This document shows, in pieces, positions 44,278 through 45,432 of a DNA stretch of 45,432 bases; position 1 is the first letter of the stretch; every line of letters starts with the position of its first letter. The notes below the pieces were generated by a model. That model searched no databases, had not been told where the DNA came from, and worked only from the letters and a program-made list of their open reading frames with translations. The DNA is from a virus. Taxonomy: Duplodnaviria > Caudoviricetes. The stretch is taken from the IMG/VR virus record IMGVR_UViG_3300022745_000054, positions 1-45,432 of that record. One strand, written 5' to 3'. The position numbers were made by a program, and so were the translations under genes.

Positions 44278-44654
44278 TGCGGTCCCGCTCATACCCACGC
44301 TGGAAGCCCGACATGCACACCACAAGCGCACCCTGGCAAGACCTTGGCCCAATGGCCTTTCGAGGTATCCACCTGGGCACCGTGGGCGAACAGCTCACGA
44401 CCCGGCTGGAGTGCATCAAGATCGTTGAGACACGCCACCCGCCGATGTTTCCTGGCGACAAGGGCGTGAGCTATCTGCACGTCTGCAAAGACGAAATGCA
44501 AAACACGCTGATCTACACGGGTGTGGCCGCTGGCTTCCCGCTCGTAGGCCAGTCCCGCCTAGTGCGCTTCACGGTCAGCAAACACACGACCTACAAGGGC
44601 ACCGCGCAGACCCACATCAAACGACCCAAAGTTTTGAAAGACCAAAATGACTGA
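44277..44654 (+). CDS. hypothetical OB-fold-like protein
   Basis: HLGTVGE.L...D...N.LIY.G...FTV.KH..YKG..QT.IKRPK; start codon uncertain. Confidence 0.6.
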   Translation: MRSRSYPRWKPDMHTTSAPWQDLGPMAFRGIHLGTVGEQLTTRLECIKIVETRHPPMFPGDKGVSYLHVCKDEMQNTLIYTGVAAGFPLVGQSRLVRFTVSKHTTYKGTAQTHIKRPKVLKDQND

Positions 44655-44880
44655 AGAAGAACGCCAACTGGATTTGACATGCGCCGATCTTCGCCAGGAG
44701 CTTGCCGCCCTGCGCCTGGACTACCAAGCGGCTTGCGAAGCGCGCGACCACGCGATGGCTGAGGTGCGCAGCCTGCACATGATCATTGCTGAGCTGAAAG
44801 TGCCCGAGCCTGAGCTGTGCGACGTGTCGCTGGACTCGCCTGACTGGGTTGACTCCGTGCTCGGAGGTACTTTGTCGTGA
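44647..44880 (+). CDS. hypothetical coiled-coil protein
   Basis: Overlaps neighbours on both sides. Confidence 0.6.
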   Translation: MTEEERQLDLTCADLRQELAALRLDYQAACEARDHAMAEVRSLHMIIAELKVPEPELCDVSLDSPDWVDSVLGGTLS

Positions 44881-45122
44881 TCAAGAATCGCAAAGTGACT
44901 CCGTGGTTTCCGGTGAGCATCAACCCGGCACGCATGGGTGTGTATCAGATTCGCACGAACTATGGCGGCGTGCGATACAGCGTGTGGGACGGTGTTCAGT
45001 GGCTCTGCACCACCTTCAACATTGAGCGTGCAGTGCCAGTTGGCTACAAGTACGGTCGCTCAAACGACATGTACTGCAAGGGCTATACGCCTGAGTGGCG
45101 CGGACTGGCGGTGCAACCATGA
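44877..45122 (+). CDS. hypothetical protein
   Basis: GGAGG RBS; TPWFP....P.R.GVY...YS.WDG..W...WRGLA phage-type motif. Confidence 0.75.
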   Translation: MIKNRKVTPWFPVSINPARMGVYQIRTNYGGVRYSVWDGVQWLCTTFNIERAVPVGYKYGRSNDMYCKGYTPEWRGLAVQP

Positions 45123-45394
45123 GCGGTATCGACCTTAAATATCCAGACGCCTCACTGCTTCACGCAGTTGGTGTGTATGAGGCGTTCATGGCTAAGCGCG
45201 GTAGAAACAAGCCGCGTGACTTTCATACCCATGTCGCGGCTGATGCACGTCATGTGCTTGCTGACGTGGGCTTGTGCGATAGACCTGCACAGGAAAAAAC
45301 CGTCCATTACCTTCAAAACAGACTCAAACACCAACTACCCAAAGTGGATTGCCGCTGTGGTGCCGCATGCCAAGCTGGAGCGCGTCAAGGGTAA
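45119..45394 (+). CDS. hypothetical protein
   Basis: ATG 45119 overlaps the previous TGA; no recognisable motif. Confidence 0.5.
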   Translation: MSGIDLKYPDASLLHAVGVYEAFMAKRGRNKPRDFHTHVAADARHVLADVGLCDRPAQEKTVHYLQNRLKHQLPKVDCRCGAACQAGARQG

Positions 45395-45432
45395 GAACAA
45401 GAAACAGCCGATTGGAACGCCGAAGGAGTATG

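Overview
The window is most of a tailed dsDNA phage genome (siphovirus, GC-rich; a proteobacterial host is inferred from the spanins and RdgC). It appears to start at a lambda-like cos end. The + strand late region (about 210-29865) has a lambda-type head module (TerS, TerL, gpW, portal, ClpP-type protease, decoration protein, major capsid). This module is interrupted between portal and protease by a beta-helix protein, a lambda-Int-like tyrosine recombinase and the whole lysis cassette. Neck and tail genes follow, including a 1407-aa protein with five tandem LamG-like domains. The - strand region (29852-42595) is a replication/nucleotide module: DUF2800 nuclease, DUF2815 SSB, RdgC, family-B DNA polymerase, 3'-5' exonuclease, VRR-NUC, dUTPase, SNF2 helicase, dNTP diphosphohydrolase-like protein, a probably truncated PAPS-reductase-like gene and an HNH-AP2 endonuclease. 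Small + strand early genes close the window; no primase or repressor is recognisable, so the genome probably continues beyond it. The top finding is a 291-aa intein in the helicase Walker B motif that has no in-frame endonuclease but carries a Zn-finger/NUMOD3/Vsr-like (DUF559) endonuclease overprinted in the +1 frame. Other signals are a four-copy late-promoter box with a fixed-distance -10-like hexamer, clusters of a TGCTAAA heptamer, and a 400-nt structured non-coding region with a duplicated, covarying hairpin. All family assignments come from motif recognition by eye, not database searches.
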